Shown here: positions 37,746 through 46,913 of the stretch, piece by piece | How the letters are laid out: each line of letters opens with the position of its first letter | Numbering within the stretch: the stretch's first letter is position 1 | Source of the DNA: Nitrososphaeria archaeon | GTDB lineage: Archaea; Thermoproteota; Nitrososphaeria; Geothermarchaeales; JDFR-13 | DNA length: 64,000 bases | Direction of reading: 5' to 3' | NCBI GenBank assembly: GCA_027078545.1 | Contig: JALWXN010000004.1 | Span: 768,001 to 832,000 of the forward strand | Notes under the pieces: model-generated | What the model was told of the DNA's origin: nothing | The model's database searches: none | What the model saw: only the letters and a program-made list of their open reading frames with translations | Position numbers and translations under genes: made by a program

Positions 37746-39707
37746 GTGCCTAACATGTCGTCGGAGGCCCTACCCTTCGAGGAGCGTTACTGGCCCGGCC
37801 TAGGAGCCTACCAGGACTACTACCGGAGGAGCGTCGAGGATATCGAGGAGTTCTGGGCTGAGAGGGCTAGGAGCCTCGTCTGGAGCAGGACATGGGACAG
37901 GGTGTTGAACAGTGATAACCCACCCTTCTACAGGTGGTTCGAGGGTGGGAGGACGAACATCAACCTCAACGCATTGGAGAGGCACGGTTCATATGGTAGG
38001 GGGAGGGTGGCCTACTACTGGATAGGTGAGGACGACACTAGGAAGGTGATCAGCTACGACGACCTAGCAAGATACGTCAACCGGGTGGCCTACCTACTCA
38101 GGGAGGTCCTAGGCATGGGTAAGGGGGACACGATAACCCTATACCTACCAATGATCCCAGAGCTACCCGTCTTCATGCTGGCCGCGGCACGTATAGGGGC
38201 TATACACAGCGTCGTATTCTCAGGCTTCAGCAGCGGAGCCCTCGCAGACAGGATCGTAGATGCAAACTCTAGGATCCTAGTCACGGCAGACGGCTTCCCG
38301 AGGAGGGGTAGGACGATTAACCTGGTAGAGAGGGCGAGGGAGGCCGTAGCCAGGGCGAAGGAGCTGGGGGTGGAGGTTGAGAAGATAGTGATTGTGAGGA
38401 GGCTGGGCCTAGGTCTGGAGCCTGGGAAGAGGGAGGCATGGCTAGACGACCTCCTGAGGGAGGTTCCAGACAAGGTATATGTCAAGCCTATGGAGATGGA
38501 GAGCACCGACGTCTTCTTCATACTCTACACCAGTGGAACCACAGGTAAGCCTAAGGGGATCATGCATGGTGTAGGGGGATACATGACCTATGTCTACAAC
38601 GTATTCAAGTGGAACTGGGACCCGAGGCCAGGCGACGTATACTGGTGCGCAGCCGACATAGGCTGGATAACCGGGCACACCTACATCGTCTACGGCCCAT
38701 TGATGCATGGGATGACCTCGATAATGTATGAGGGCGCCCCGGACTATCCCGACCCAGGGAGGATATGGAGCATAGTAGAGGAGTATGGGGTGACCACGTT
38801 CTACACAAGCCCGACACTACTCAGGCTCCTCAGGAAGTATGGGGACCAGTGGGTAGAGGGGCATGACCTGAGCAGCCTACGCCTACTAGGCACGGTCGGC
38901 GAGCCCATAAACCCAGATGTATGGAAGTGGTACTACGAGAAGATCGGAGGCTCATCAGCAGCGATAGTCGACACCTGGTGGCAGACAGAGACTGGAGCCG
39001 CGATGATAAGCCCCGCACCAGGGATATCACTAGTCCCGCTGAAGCCCGGCAGCGCCACCCTCCCACTCCCAGGCATAGTGGCTGATGTCCTTAGGGACGA
39101 TGGATCTAGAGCCGAGCCTGGCGAGAAGGGCTACCTAGTCATACGTAGACCCTGGCCAGGGATGCTGATGGGTATATGGGGCGACCCCGAGAGGTATGTG
39201 GAGACCTATTGGAGGAGGTTCAGCGACCCCGACAGCGGTGTATGGATCTACTACCCAGCTGACTACGCAGTAGTCGATAGGGACGGCTACTTCTGGGTAC
39301 TCGGTAGGGCCGACGAGGTACTGAAGGTCGCGGGCCACAGGATAGGGACGATAGAGCTCGAGGACGCCATACTCACACATCCAGCCGTGAGCGAGGCCGC
39401 GGTGGTAGGCGCCCCAGACCCGGTGAAGGGTGAGGTCCCACTCGCAGTCGTCACCTTGAAGGAGGGCTATGAGCCCAGTGATGAGCTGGAGAAGGAGATT
39501 AGGGAGAGGGTGCGTAGCCTGGTAGGCCCCATCGCGGAGCCTAAGAAGATAGTCTTCGCCTCAAAGCTCCCCAAGACGAGGAGTGGGAAGATCATGAGGA
39601 GGATAATCATCTCACTGATACAGGGCAGGCCTATAGGCGATACATCGACGCTCGAGGATCCCAGCGCTGTGGAGGAGCTTAGGAAGGTGCTTGGGACGGG
39701 GTCATAG
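37746..39707 (+). CDS. acs: Acetyl-CoA synthetase (AMP-forming)
   Basis: YTSGTTGKPKG, ADIGWITGH, DTWWQTETG and LPKTRSGKIMRR motifs. Confidence 0.95.
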   Translation: MPNMSSEALPFEERYWPGLGAYQDYYRRSVEDIEEFWAERARSLVWSRTWDRVLNSDNPPFYRWFEGGRTNINLNALERHGSYGRGRVAYYWIGEDDTRKVISYDDLARYVNRVAYLLREVLGMGKGDTITLYLPMIPELPVFMLAAARIGAIHSVVFSGFSSGALADRIVDANSRILVTADGFPRRGRTINLVERAREAVARAKELGVEVEKIVIVRRLGLGLEPGKREAWLDDLLREVPDKVYVKPMEMESTDVFFILYTSGTTGKPKGIMHGVGGYMTYVYNVFKWNWDPRPGDVYWCAADIGWITGHTYIVYGPLMHGMTSIMYEGAPDYPDPGRIWSIVEEYGVTTFYTSPTLLRLLRKYGDQWVEGHDLSSLRLLGTVGEPINPDVWKWYYEKIGGSSAAIVDTWWQTETGAAMISPAPGISLVPLKPGSATLPLPGIVADVLRDDGSRAEPGEKGYLVIRRPWPGMLMGIWGDPERYVETYWRRFSDPDSGVWIYYPADYAVVDRDGYFWVLGRADEVLKVAGHRIGTIELEDAILTHPAVSEAAVVGAPDPVKGEVPLAVVTLKEGYEPSDELEKEIRERVRSLVGPIAEPKKIVFASKLPKTRSGKIMRRIIISLIQGRPIGDTSTLEDPSAVEELRKVLGTGS

Positions 39708-40280
39708 GCCCCTCCTCCCCCACTCCTCACTATATATAAGGTCCTCCAACCGATACCTACCTGGGAAGCTGGGCACCTCCTCTGGATAGCCAATAGGTAT
39801 GATCGTCTCCAGCCCCCATCCATCTGGTAGTCCGAAGAATTCTTTGGCCCACCTAGTGTCTGAAGGCGTATATGTAAGGGTAGCCAAACCACGCTCCTCC
39901 GCAGCCAGCAGGAGGTAGCCAATCATTATCCATACACTCTCCTTCCAATGGGGGCTCTTCCTATACCCAGCCACCACAATCAATACGGGGGCATCCGTCA
40001 GGTGTGGCTTCCTCCAGGTAATCCCACGGGAACGGGCGAACTCCAGGAACCATTGGGGAACCCTCTCATAGAACCTCTTCTCAACCTCCTCACAGATCTC
40101 CCTGATCCTCCGCTTCCTCCCAGGATCCCGTACAAGTATGTAGCGCCAAGGCTGCCTATTAGCACCGGAGGGGGAGTAGTGGGCCGCCTCTAGAACATAT
40201 CGGAGATCCTCCTCACTGATAGGATCACTCCTGAAACGCCTTACTGAACGGCGCCTCCTAGCAAGGCCAAGTATATCCAT
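39702..40280 (-). CDS. Nitroreductase family protein
   Basis: RRSVRRF, SPSGANRQPW and IGYP motifs. Confidence 0.88.
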   Translation of the reverse strand: MDILGLARRRRSVRRFRSDPISEEDLRYVLEAAHYSPSGANRQPWRYILVRDPGRKRRIREICEEVEKRFYERVPQWFLEFARSRGITWRKPHLTDAPVLIVVAGYRKSPHWKESVWIMIGYLLLAAEERGLATLTYTPSDTRWAKEFFGLPDGWGLETIIPIGYPEEVPSFPGRYRLEDLIYSEEWGRRGL

Positions 40281-40355
40281 AAGAATATCTAAGTGGCGGG
40301 GAGGCCCTATAAACAGGGGCTCTATAAGCCAGGTAGACATACAGATATATACGGT

Positions 40356-41708
40356 ATGAACACCGGCAGATTCCTCGAGGAGGTAAAGAGTGAGGAGCCA
40401 CGCCTCATAGAGGAGGTAAGGGAGTTTCTTAGGATGCCCAGCATCTCAGCCACTGGCGAGGGGATAGAGGAGACCGCTAGATTCCTGAGAGACTTCATAG
40501 TAGATAGGCTCGGCGGCGAGGCGGAGCTCCGCCGCTACGGTGGCCACCCAGTCGTATATGGCAGGATAGGGAGTGGGGAGAAGGGGATATACTACGGCAT
40601 GTACGACGTCCAGCCGGTTGAGCCGCTGGATGAGTGGATAGCCCCGCCATTCGAGGCCAGGATAATCGATGACAGGATAATCGCAAGGGGAGCATTCAAC
40701 ACGAAGGGAGCATTGATGAGCTCACTCCTAGGGCTGGAGAAATACATAGAGACTTGCGGCGAGCCACCGGGCGAGATCCACTTCATAATAGAGGGGGAGG
40801 AGGAGCTTGGGAGCCCATCCATGCCGAAGGCTGTGGAGGACCTTAGGGATGTGCTCAGCGGGGCGGAGACAGCCCTATTCACAATACCCAGCGAGTTTAG
40901 ACGTGGAGTACCCAGCATAATCCTGGGGAACAAGGGTATAATCTACATAGACCTCTACGTAAAGACGAGTAGATACGACATACACAGCAGCTACAGCAGG
41001 GGCATAATAAACCCAGCGGCAGTACTAGCCAGGATAGCATCGGAGCTGATAGACCCACTAGGAGGCCCAAAGCCCGAGTGGCTATACAAGGGGTTCCGAG
41101 AACCTACAGACGAGGAGCTCGCCACCATAGACGAGATCATGGAGGCACTACCCCCGGAGAGGGTGATAGAGGAGTATGGAGTGGAGAGGATAAGGATAGC
41201 CGATAGGAGGAGGCTAGTGGAGGAGATCTTCTTCCACCCAACAGTGAATATAGACGGGTTCTGCAGCGGATACTGTGGAGAAGGTACAAAGACCATCATC
41301 CCCCACGACGCCAGGATGAAGATAGACTTTAGACTAGTCCCGGAGATGAGGCCGGAGGAGATCGTGGAGGCCTTCAAAGAGATGATTAGGAACCTAGGCC
41401 TCGAGGAACTAGTCGAGATAGATGTCAGGGATATGTATCCATGGAGCCAGACACCCCTAGACTCACCATCCACCAAGGCGGCGGAGGAGGTCTATAGGGA
41501 GATGGGCCTAACACCCAAGAGGGTACTCAGGCTGCCCGGCTCAGCCCCGATGTACCTATTCACACAGGTCCTCGGTGTAGACATAGTCTCGACCGGCCCT
41601 GGGAACGGTGGGAGGGCCCACGCACCCAACGAGTACATAACCCTAGACACGGTCTGGAAGACAGCCTTCTACACACCTACCTACTTCCACAGGGTGCTCA
41701 GGGCATAA
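40356..41708 (+). CDS. M20/M25/M40 metallopeptidase (ArgE/DapE-like)
   Basis: YGMYDVQP, ARGA..TKG, EGEEE.GS and AHAPNE motifs. Confidence 0.85.
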   Translation: MNTGRFLEEVKSEEPRLIEEVREFLRMPSISATGEGIEETARFLRDFIVDRLGGEAELRRYGGHPVVYGRIGSGEKGIYYGMYDVQPVEPLDEWIAPPFEARIIDDRIIARGAFNTKGALMSSLLGLEKYIETCGEPPGEIHFIIEGEEELGSPSMPKAVEDLRDVLSGAETALFTIPSEFRRGVPSIILGNKGIIYIDLYVKTSRYDIHSSYSRGIINPAAVLARIASELIDPLGGPKPEWLYKGFREPTDEELATIDEIMEALPPERVIEEYGVERIRIADRRRLVEEIFFHPTVNIDGFCSGYCGEGTKTIIPHDARMKIDFRLVPEMRPEEIVEAFKEMIRNLGLEELVEIDVRDMYPWSQTPLDSPSTKAAEEVYREMGLTPKRVLRLPGSAPMYLFTQVLGVDIVSTGPGNGGRAHAPNEYITLDTVWKTAFYTPTYFHRVLRA

Positions 41709-42646
41709 TGTCGAGCCGTAGGAGAGTCCCGAGGATAGCCTTGATAGGCCTTGGACACATGGGGATGAACCATCTAAAGATGCTCCTAATGCATAGGAGG
41801 AGGGGACTAGTAGAGATATCGGGGATCTACGACATCGACCAGGAGAAGGCTACGGAGCTATCCCAGAGATACAGGGTGAGGGCATATACATCACTGGAGG
41901 AGCTGGTGGAGGACAAGCCTGACGGAGCGGTGATAGCCACACCCACATCGACACACCTAGAGGTTTTCAGGGAGGTTGTGGAGGGTGTGAAAAACATATT
42001 GGTGGAGAAGCCCCCAGCAGCCACGTCAGATGAGGCGGAGGAGATGCATCGCCTGGCGCTGGAGAAGGAGGCCACCGTCATGGTTGGAATGATCGAGAGG
42101 TTCAACCCAGCAGTGGTACACATGCTACGATACATAAGAGTGATGGACAGAGGCCTAGTCTTCACCAGCTGTAGAACCTCTAAGCCTAGGAGGCCCGAGA
42201 CAGGGGTGACCCTCGACCTAACCATCCACGACCTACACATACTCTCACAGCTCGTGGAGCTCGACAAGGTAGATACCAGTGGATGGAGGGTCGTTGATAG
42301 CATGGGCCGTGAAGTGGCCTCAAACCTAGTGCTCAGAGGCGAGAAGCTAGACGCCAACCTATACAGCTCCTACATCCACGGATCAATGGTTAGGAGGATC
42401 GACATACTCATCGAGGACACGAAGATATATGTCGACATGATCGGTAAGAAGGTCGAGGTATATGGCCCGGGCGGGCACCAGGAATACATACTGGAGGGAG
42501 ACGCGTTGAGGAATGAGCATCTACACTTCCTATCCGTCATAGATGGATCGATAGAGCCAGCCACACCCCTCGAAGACATAATACCATTGATGAGGCTGGT
42601 TGAAGAGGCTGGGAAAAGCTTTAGGGAGATATCCCTAGAGAGGTGA
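41708..42646 (+). CDS. Gfo/Idh/MocA family oxidoreductase
   Basis: IGLGHMG, IATPT..H, LVEKP, ERFNPA and DL.IHD motifs. Confidence 0.88.
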   Translation: MSSRRRVPRIALIGLGHMGMNHLKMLLMHRRRGLVEISGIYDIDQEKATELSQRYRVRAYTSLEELVEDKPDGAVIATPTSTHLEVFREVVEGVKNILVEKPPAATSDEAEEMHRLALEKEATVMVGMIERFNPAVVHMLRYIRVMDRGLVFTSCRTSKPRRPETGVTLDLTIHDLHILSQLVELDKVDTSGWRVVDSMGREVASNLVLRGEKLDANLYSSYIHGSMVRRIDILIEDTKIYVDMIGKKVEVYGPGGHQEYILEGDALRNEHLHFLSVIDGSIEPATPLEDIIPLMRLVEEAGKSFREISLER

Positions 42647-43977
42647 CGAGACAGATGTGGGTATCATGGTCCGGTGGGGAGATCGATAGGGACGACCTGA
42701 TAAGGCTACTGACATACACCGATGTAGAGGGTGTACCACCAGCAGACCTAGAGATGTTGCCCGAGGCAGTAGCCACAGAGTATGCCTACCTAGCAGGATA
42801 TAATCAGGCCGGACTCTTAGGAAAAAAAGAGTTGGAGAAGGCCCGTGAAACACTTAGAAACCTGATGAGTATAACTCCTAACGAGCTCAGAAAATATGAG
42901 GACATCCACAGCCTGATTGAGCACCGCCTATCAGAGGAGATAGATTTTCCCTACATATGTAGGAGCCGGAACGAGACTGTCAACGTTGTTGAGAGGCTAT
43001 ATCTAAGGAGGATATGGAGTCAGACCCTCTCCTCATTATACTGGGTAGTTGACACCCTCGAATATGAGAGGAATCGGGTTGCTAAGAGAATACCCGTCTA
43101 TACCCATTACCGCAGGGCCGACTCAGTTATAGATCATAGCCTCTACGACTCATACTTAGAAACCCTCGACAGGATACTCCGGGAGCTAAGACTCTTCACA
43201 GACCTATTAATGACCTCCCCGATGGGAAGCGGTCCAATAGCCGGCTGCATATCAGGGGAGATGGATATAGTATGGAGACATGCATCTATGATGCTCGGGT
43301 TTAGACATAGCCACAGAACAACACTCGACGCCGTGAACAGTAGAAAGGAGCATATAAGAAGACATCTCTACCTAGCCTCACGACTACTAGGCCTATACAC
43401 CCGTATGGCGAGGGACATATACCTGTTGGAGGATGAAGGATTCTTCAGATTATCCGAGGAGGCCCACACAGGGAGCAGCGCCCTTCCACATAAGGAGAAC
43501 CCAGATCTAATGGAGATACTAGAGGCAAAGAGGCTATATGCAGCTAGTTCATCGGCTGCCGCATCTGCACTAGAGAGTGATATGACTGGGTACCAGAGAA
43601 CCAGCCAGGAGTTTAAACACATGGTTGTTAAGACCTCTCTTGACCTTATACTATCAACGAAGGCGATATTTGAGAATCTATTGACCAGCATAGCAACGCC
43701 ATATGAGGACTACACCATATACCCCCATTGGATAGCTACTAGACTGTCTATAAAGATGGGCATACCATATAGAGAGGCTTATCACATGGTTAAGGAGAGG
43801 CTGATAAGTGGAGAGGAACCCCTCGACCTATTGGATGAGAGATTCTCGTATCAAGATGGACCGACGGGATACGTAACCTGGGGCGGGGATGATGTGAGGA
43901 GGATAAGCCCGAGAACCATACAGAGGCTACTCAGCCCAACAACACGGAGAATACTCAAAAATATGGGCATCCTATAG
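42643..43977 (+). CDS. argH: Argininosuccinate lyase-like (fumarase/aspartase superfamily), divergent
   Basis: EDIH..IE, RSRN, P.YTH, SP.GSG..AG, TGSS.LPHK.NP and G.P.REAY motifs. Confidence 0.68.
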   Translation: MTRQMWVSWSGGEIDRDDLIRLLTYTDVEGVPPADLEMLPEAVATEYAYLAGYNQAGLLGKKELEKARETLRNLMSITPNELRKYEDIHSLIEHRLSEEIDFPYICRSRNETVNVVERLYLRRIWSQTLSSLYWVVDTLEYERNRVAKRIPVYTHYRRADSVIDHSLYDSYLETLDRILRELRLFTDLLMTSPMGSGPIAGCISGEMDIVWRHASMMLGFRHSHRTTLDAVNSRKEHIRRHLYLASRLLGLYTRMARDIYLLEDEGFFRLSEEAHTGSSALPHKENPDLMEILEAKRLYAASSSAAASALESDMTGYQRTSQEFKHMVVKTSLDLILSTKAIFENLLTSIATPYEDYTIYPHWIATRLSIKMGIPYREAYHMVKERLISGEEPLDLLDERFSYQDGPTGYVTWGGDDVRRISPRTIQRLLSPTTRRILKNMGIL

Positions 43978-44018
43978 ACTCCGAGTTAAATTGTGGTTAT
44001 AGCTATAAAGGGTGTGGA

Positions 44019-45311
44019 ATGTCACGAGAACTGAGGGGGATACCGGAGGAAGCCTTCAAGAAATTCCTAGACACACTGGGAACTATCAAGAGGATCGAGG
44101 GGGTAGAGTCGCCCCTCCCCCTGAAGTATGAGGAGTATATAGATATCGGGGGGATGGACCCATCGGTCTACAGCCTACTATACACTGTCTACAGGCTCTA
44201 CAGGCCATCCAGCCCAGAAGAGCTCATGGAGGAGACACATAGATACCTCGAGAGGCTGAGTAGATGGATGGAGAGCCGTGGCCCGATACACACCGAGACA
44301 GACCCTAAGAAGGCAGCACTACTCATACTCCCATCGGAGAGACAGTTCAGCAGGGTTAGGACTGACTGGAGGGGCTGGCTATGGAGGAGCAGGACACATA
44401 CTGGGGAGGAGACACCGACGGCCGAGGGCTGGATGAAGGATATACTAAGGATAGCCGACGCTCTCAGGGGCGAGGGTGTAGAGCCTGTAATAGCCGCTGA
44501 CAAGGGTATCTACGAAGAGGTCAGCCAGATATATAGTGGGAGGCTAATAGAGGTGGACATACCTGAGAACCTACCCAAGACGGGCTACGCCAGGGACCAG
44601 AGCCTTACATGGTGGCGAGAGCCGATAATAGGCCTAATGGCCCTACACCTGAGGAAGGGGGAGGAGGACGTCCTGATAAGGATCTATAGAGAGCTCGGGC
44701 TGGACCCTATATACGCCGTGAGCCCAGAGGAGGTCTGGGGAAGGGTCTACATGCCCCACGTAGAGGGTGGGAACTATATAGTCGTGGATATGGATGGTGA
44801 GACCACAGTCTTCACAGGGGTCGGTGTAAGAGGCACAAACCCACCCGCCTTCAAGAGCCTCTCCAGGATACTCCCTAGGGATGTAAGGTTCATTGGAGTA
44901 CCGATCTCCGCATATATAAATGATTGGGAGACGGGAGCCGTACACCTAGACGTGGTGATGATGTATATCGAGCTGGACGGCGGAACCTTCCTAATAGACC
45001 CTTCACGGATGGGGTTATACAGCTTCCTAGAATACGACAGGGAGCGGGGCGAGTACAGGATACACAACGGGGTGGAGCTCCTAACCGAGAAGGGATACAA
45101 CATGATAGAGCCTCCTAGGAAGGGTGCCAGCAGGATAACCATGGTCAACGCCTTCAACCTAGGTGGGGACAAGATCCTGGTGGACAGCTATAACAGGGAG
45201 ACAAACAGGTTCCTCGAGGACCTAGGTGCCGACGTGGTCGAGGTGGAGATACCGCATATAGAGGCGGGTGGCGGAGGCATACGCTGCGCCACGAAGGAGC
45301 TATGGATATAG
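44019..45311 (+). CDS. Arginine deiminase / amidinotransferase family protein
   Basis: YARD, EGGN, HLD and C-terminal GGGIRCAT catalytic motifs. Confidence 0.8.
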   Translation: MSRELRGIPEEAFKKFLDTLGTIKRIEGVESPLPLKYEEYIDIGGMDPSVYSLLYTVYRLYRPSSPEELMEETHRYLERLSRWMESRGPIHTETDPKKAALLILPSERQFSRVRTDWRGWLWRSRTHTGEETPTAEGWMKDILRIADALRGEGVEPVIAADKGIYEEVSQIYSGRLIEVDIPENLPKTGYARDQSLTWWREPIIGLMALHLRKGEEDVLIRIYRELGLDPIYAVSPEEVWGRVYMPHVEGGNYIVVDMDGETTVFTGVGVRGTNPPAFKSLSRILPRDVRFIGVPISAYINDWETGAVHLDVVMMYIELDGGTFLIDPSRMGLYSFLEYDRERGEYRIHNGVELLTEKGYNMIEPPRKGASRITMVNAFNLGGDKILVDSYNRETNRFLEDLGADVVEVEIPHIEAGGGGIRCATKELWI

Positions 45312-45376
45312 CTGGCTAGAGTGGTATACAGGAATAACCACAGATTTATACCTAGCATCCAACCAGGATTATACAT

Positions 45377-46486
45377 ATGGATCTCAACAGGTTCGCCCAG
45401 CTGATAGTGGATTACTGCGTATCCATAGGTACAGGGGACGAGGTCTATATTGGGGCCAGCCTAGAGGCATTCCCCCTAGTGAAGGAGATCTACAAGGAGG
45501 CGGTCAAGAGAGGTGGCTACCCAAGATTCAACGTGAGGGATGAGGAGCTGACCGAGATCTTCTACCGATACGCCCCCGACGAGCTCCTCGACTACCTCTC
45601 ACCAATAGACGAATACATAGCAGAGAAGATGGATGTGAGGATCTCCATCATATCCAGTACACATACAAAGCCGCTGGTCGCCATACCACCCGAGAAGATA
45701 CAGAGGAGGAACAAGGCCCAGAGAAGACTCGTGGAGATCTTCTTCGAGAGGGATGGGAGGGGAGAGATCAGGTGGACCGTCACGGCATACCCAACCAGGG
45801 CAATGGCTCAGGAGGCGGGGATGTCTATCCTAGAGTTCCAGGAGTTCGTGGAGAGGGCGCTCAAGCTCCACAGGCCAGACCCCGTGGAGGAGTGGCGTAG
45901 ACAGACGGAGTGGCAGGAGGATATCAGGGAGTTTTTGGAGAAGGTGGATGAGCTACGCATAGTGGGGGAGGAGACAGACATAACCTTCAAGGTCGGTGGG
46001 AGGGCATGGATAAACGACGATGGACGTAAAAACATGCCTGGGGGCGAGGTCTTCACAGGCCCTCATGAAGACGCCACCGAGGGAACCATATACTTCGACA
46101 TACCAGTCCTATGGAGAGGCATGGAGATTAAGGGTGTGAAGCTCAGGTTCGAGAGGGGGAGAGTCGTGGAGGCAAAGGCGAGGGAGGGCCAGGAATACCT
46201 GGAGAAGATAATCAGCGTCGACGATGGTGCCTCCATACCTGGGGAGCTCGCCTTCGGCCTAAACTACGACATTACCAGGCCGATTAAAAATATACTCTTC
46301 GACGAGAAGATAGGCGGCACGATGCACATGGCCCTAGGCAGTGCATATCCATCCACAGGTGGTAGGAACAAGTCCTCAATACACATGGATATGGTGAAGA
46401 ACATGGAGGGGGCCAAGGTATATGCAGATGGAGACCTGATATACAGGGATGGAAGGTTCGTCATCGATGAGCTACAGAGGGAGTAA
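45377..46486 (+). CDS. Aminopeptidase, M29 (AmpS/AmpT) family
   Basis: NMPGGEVFT, GELAFG, LFDEKIGG..H.ALG and S.IH.D motifs. Confidence 0.9.
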   Translation: MDLNRFAQLIVDYCVSIGTGDEVYIGASLEAFPLVKEIYKEAVKRGGYPRFNVRDEELTEIFYRYAPDELLDYLSPIDEYIAEKMDVRISIISSTHTKPLVAIPPEKIQRRNKAQRRLVEIFFERDGRGEIRWTVTAYPTRAMAQEAGMSILEFQEFVERALKLHRPDPVEEWRRQTEWQEDIREFLEKVDELRIVGEETDITFKVGGRAWINDDGRKNMPGGEVFTGPHEDATEGTIYFDIPVLWRGMEIKGVKLRFERGRVVEAKAREGQEYLEKIISVDDGASIPGELAFGLNYDITRPIKNILFDEKIGGTMHMALGSAYPSTGGRNKSSIHMDMVKNMEGAKVYADGDLIYRDGRFVIDELQRE

Positions 46487-46913
46487 TGGGCTTAGTAGAG
46501 CCACCCAGCTAGTCGCGCTAGGCATATGGATAACCTCTATACTCCTCACGCTAGAGACGCTTGGGGGTGAGACGGGGGTATGCACACCTGGATGGGGATG
46601 TCAAGTCCTACTCGCAACCCCCTTCTCACGTGTAAGCGGGCTACCAATATCAGTCTTCCCACTCCTAGCATCCATCCTATATCTACTGGGTAGCGTGAGG
46701 GAGGACACCAAGCTACGTAAGATAGCCGTCTCAGTCTTCATACCTATGCTACTCCTCGGGCTACTACTCACCTACATATCTATAAAGGACTATGGCACAC
46801 TATGCCCACTATGCGAGGCGACCAAGGCATTGATAGCGAACCTACTAGGCCTTGAATACCTAGATATAAGGATGGAGAAAAAGGGGGATGGGATGGCTAG
46901 AACCAGCCAATAA
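46467..46913 (+). CDS. Vitamin K epoxide reductase (VKOR) family membrane protein
   Basis: C.....C..VL loop, G.P and CPLC redox motif; 4 TM segments. Confidence 0.75.
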   Translation: MSYRGSNGLSRATQLVALGIWITSILLTLETLGGETGVCTPGWGCQVLLATPFSRVSGLPISVFPLLASILYLLGSVREDTKLRKIAVSVFIPMLLLGLLLTYISIKDYGTLCPLCEATKALIANLLGLEYLDIRMEKKGDGMARTSQ

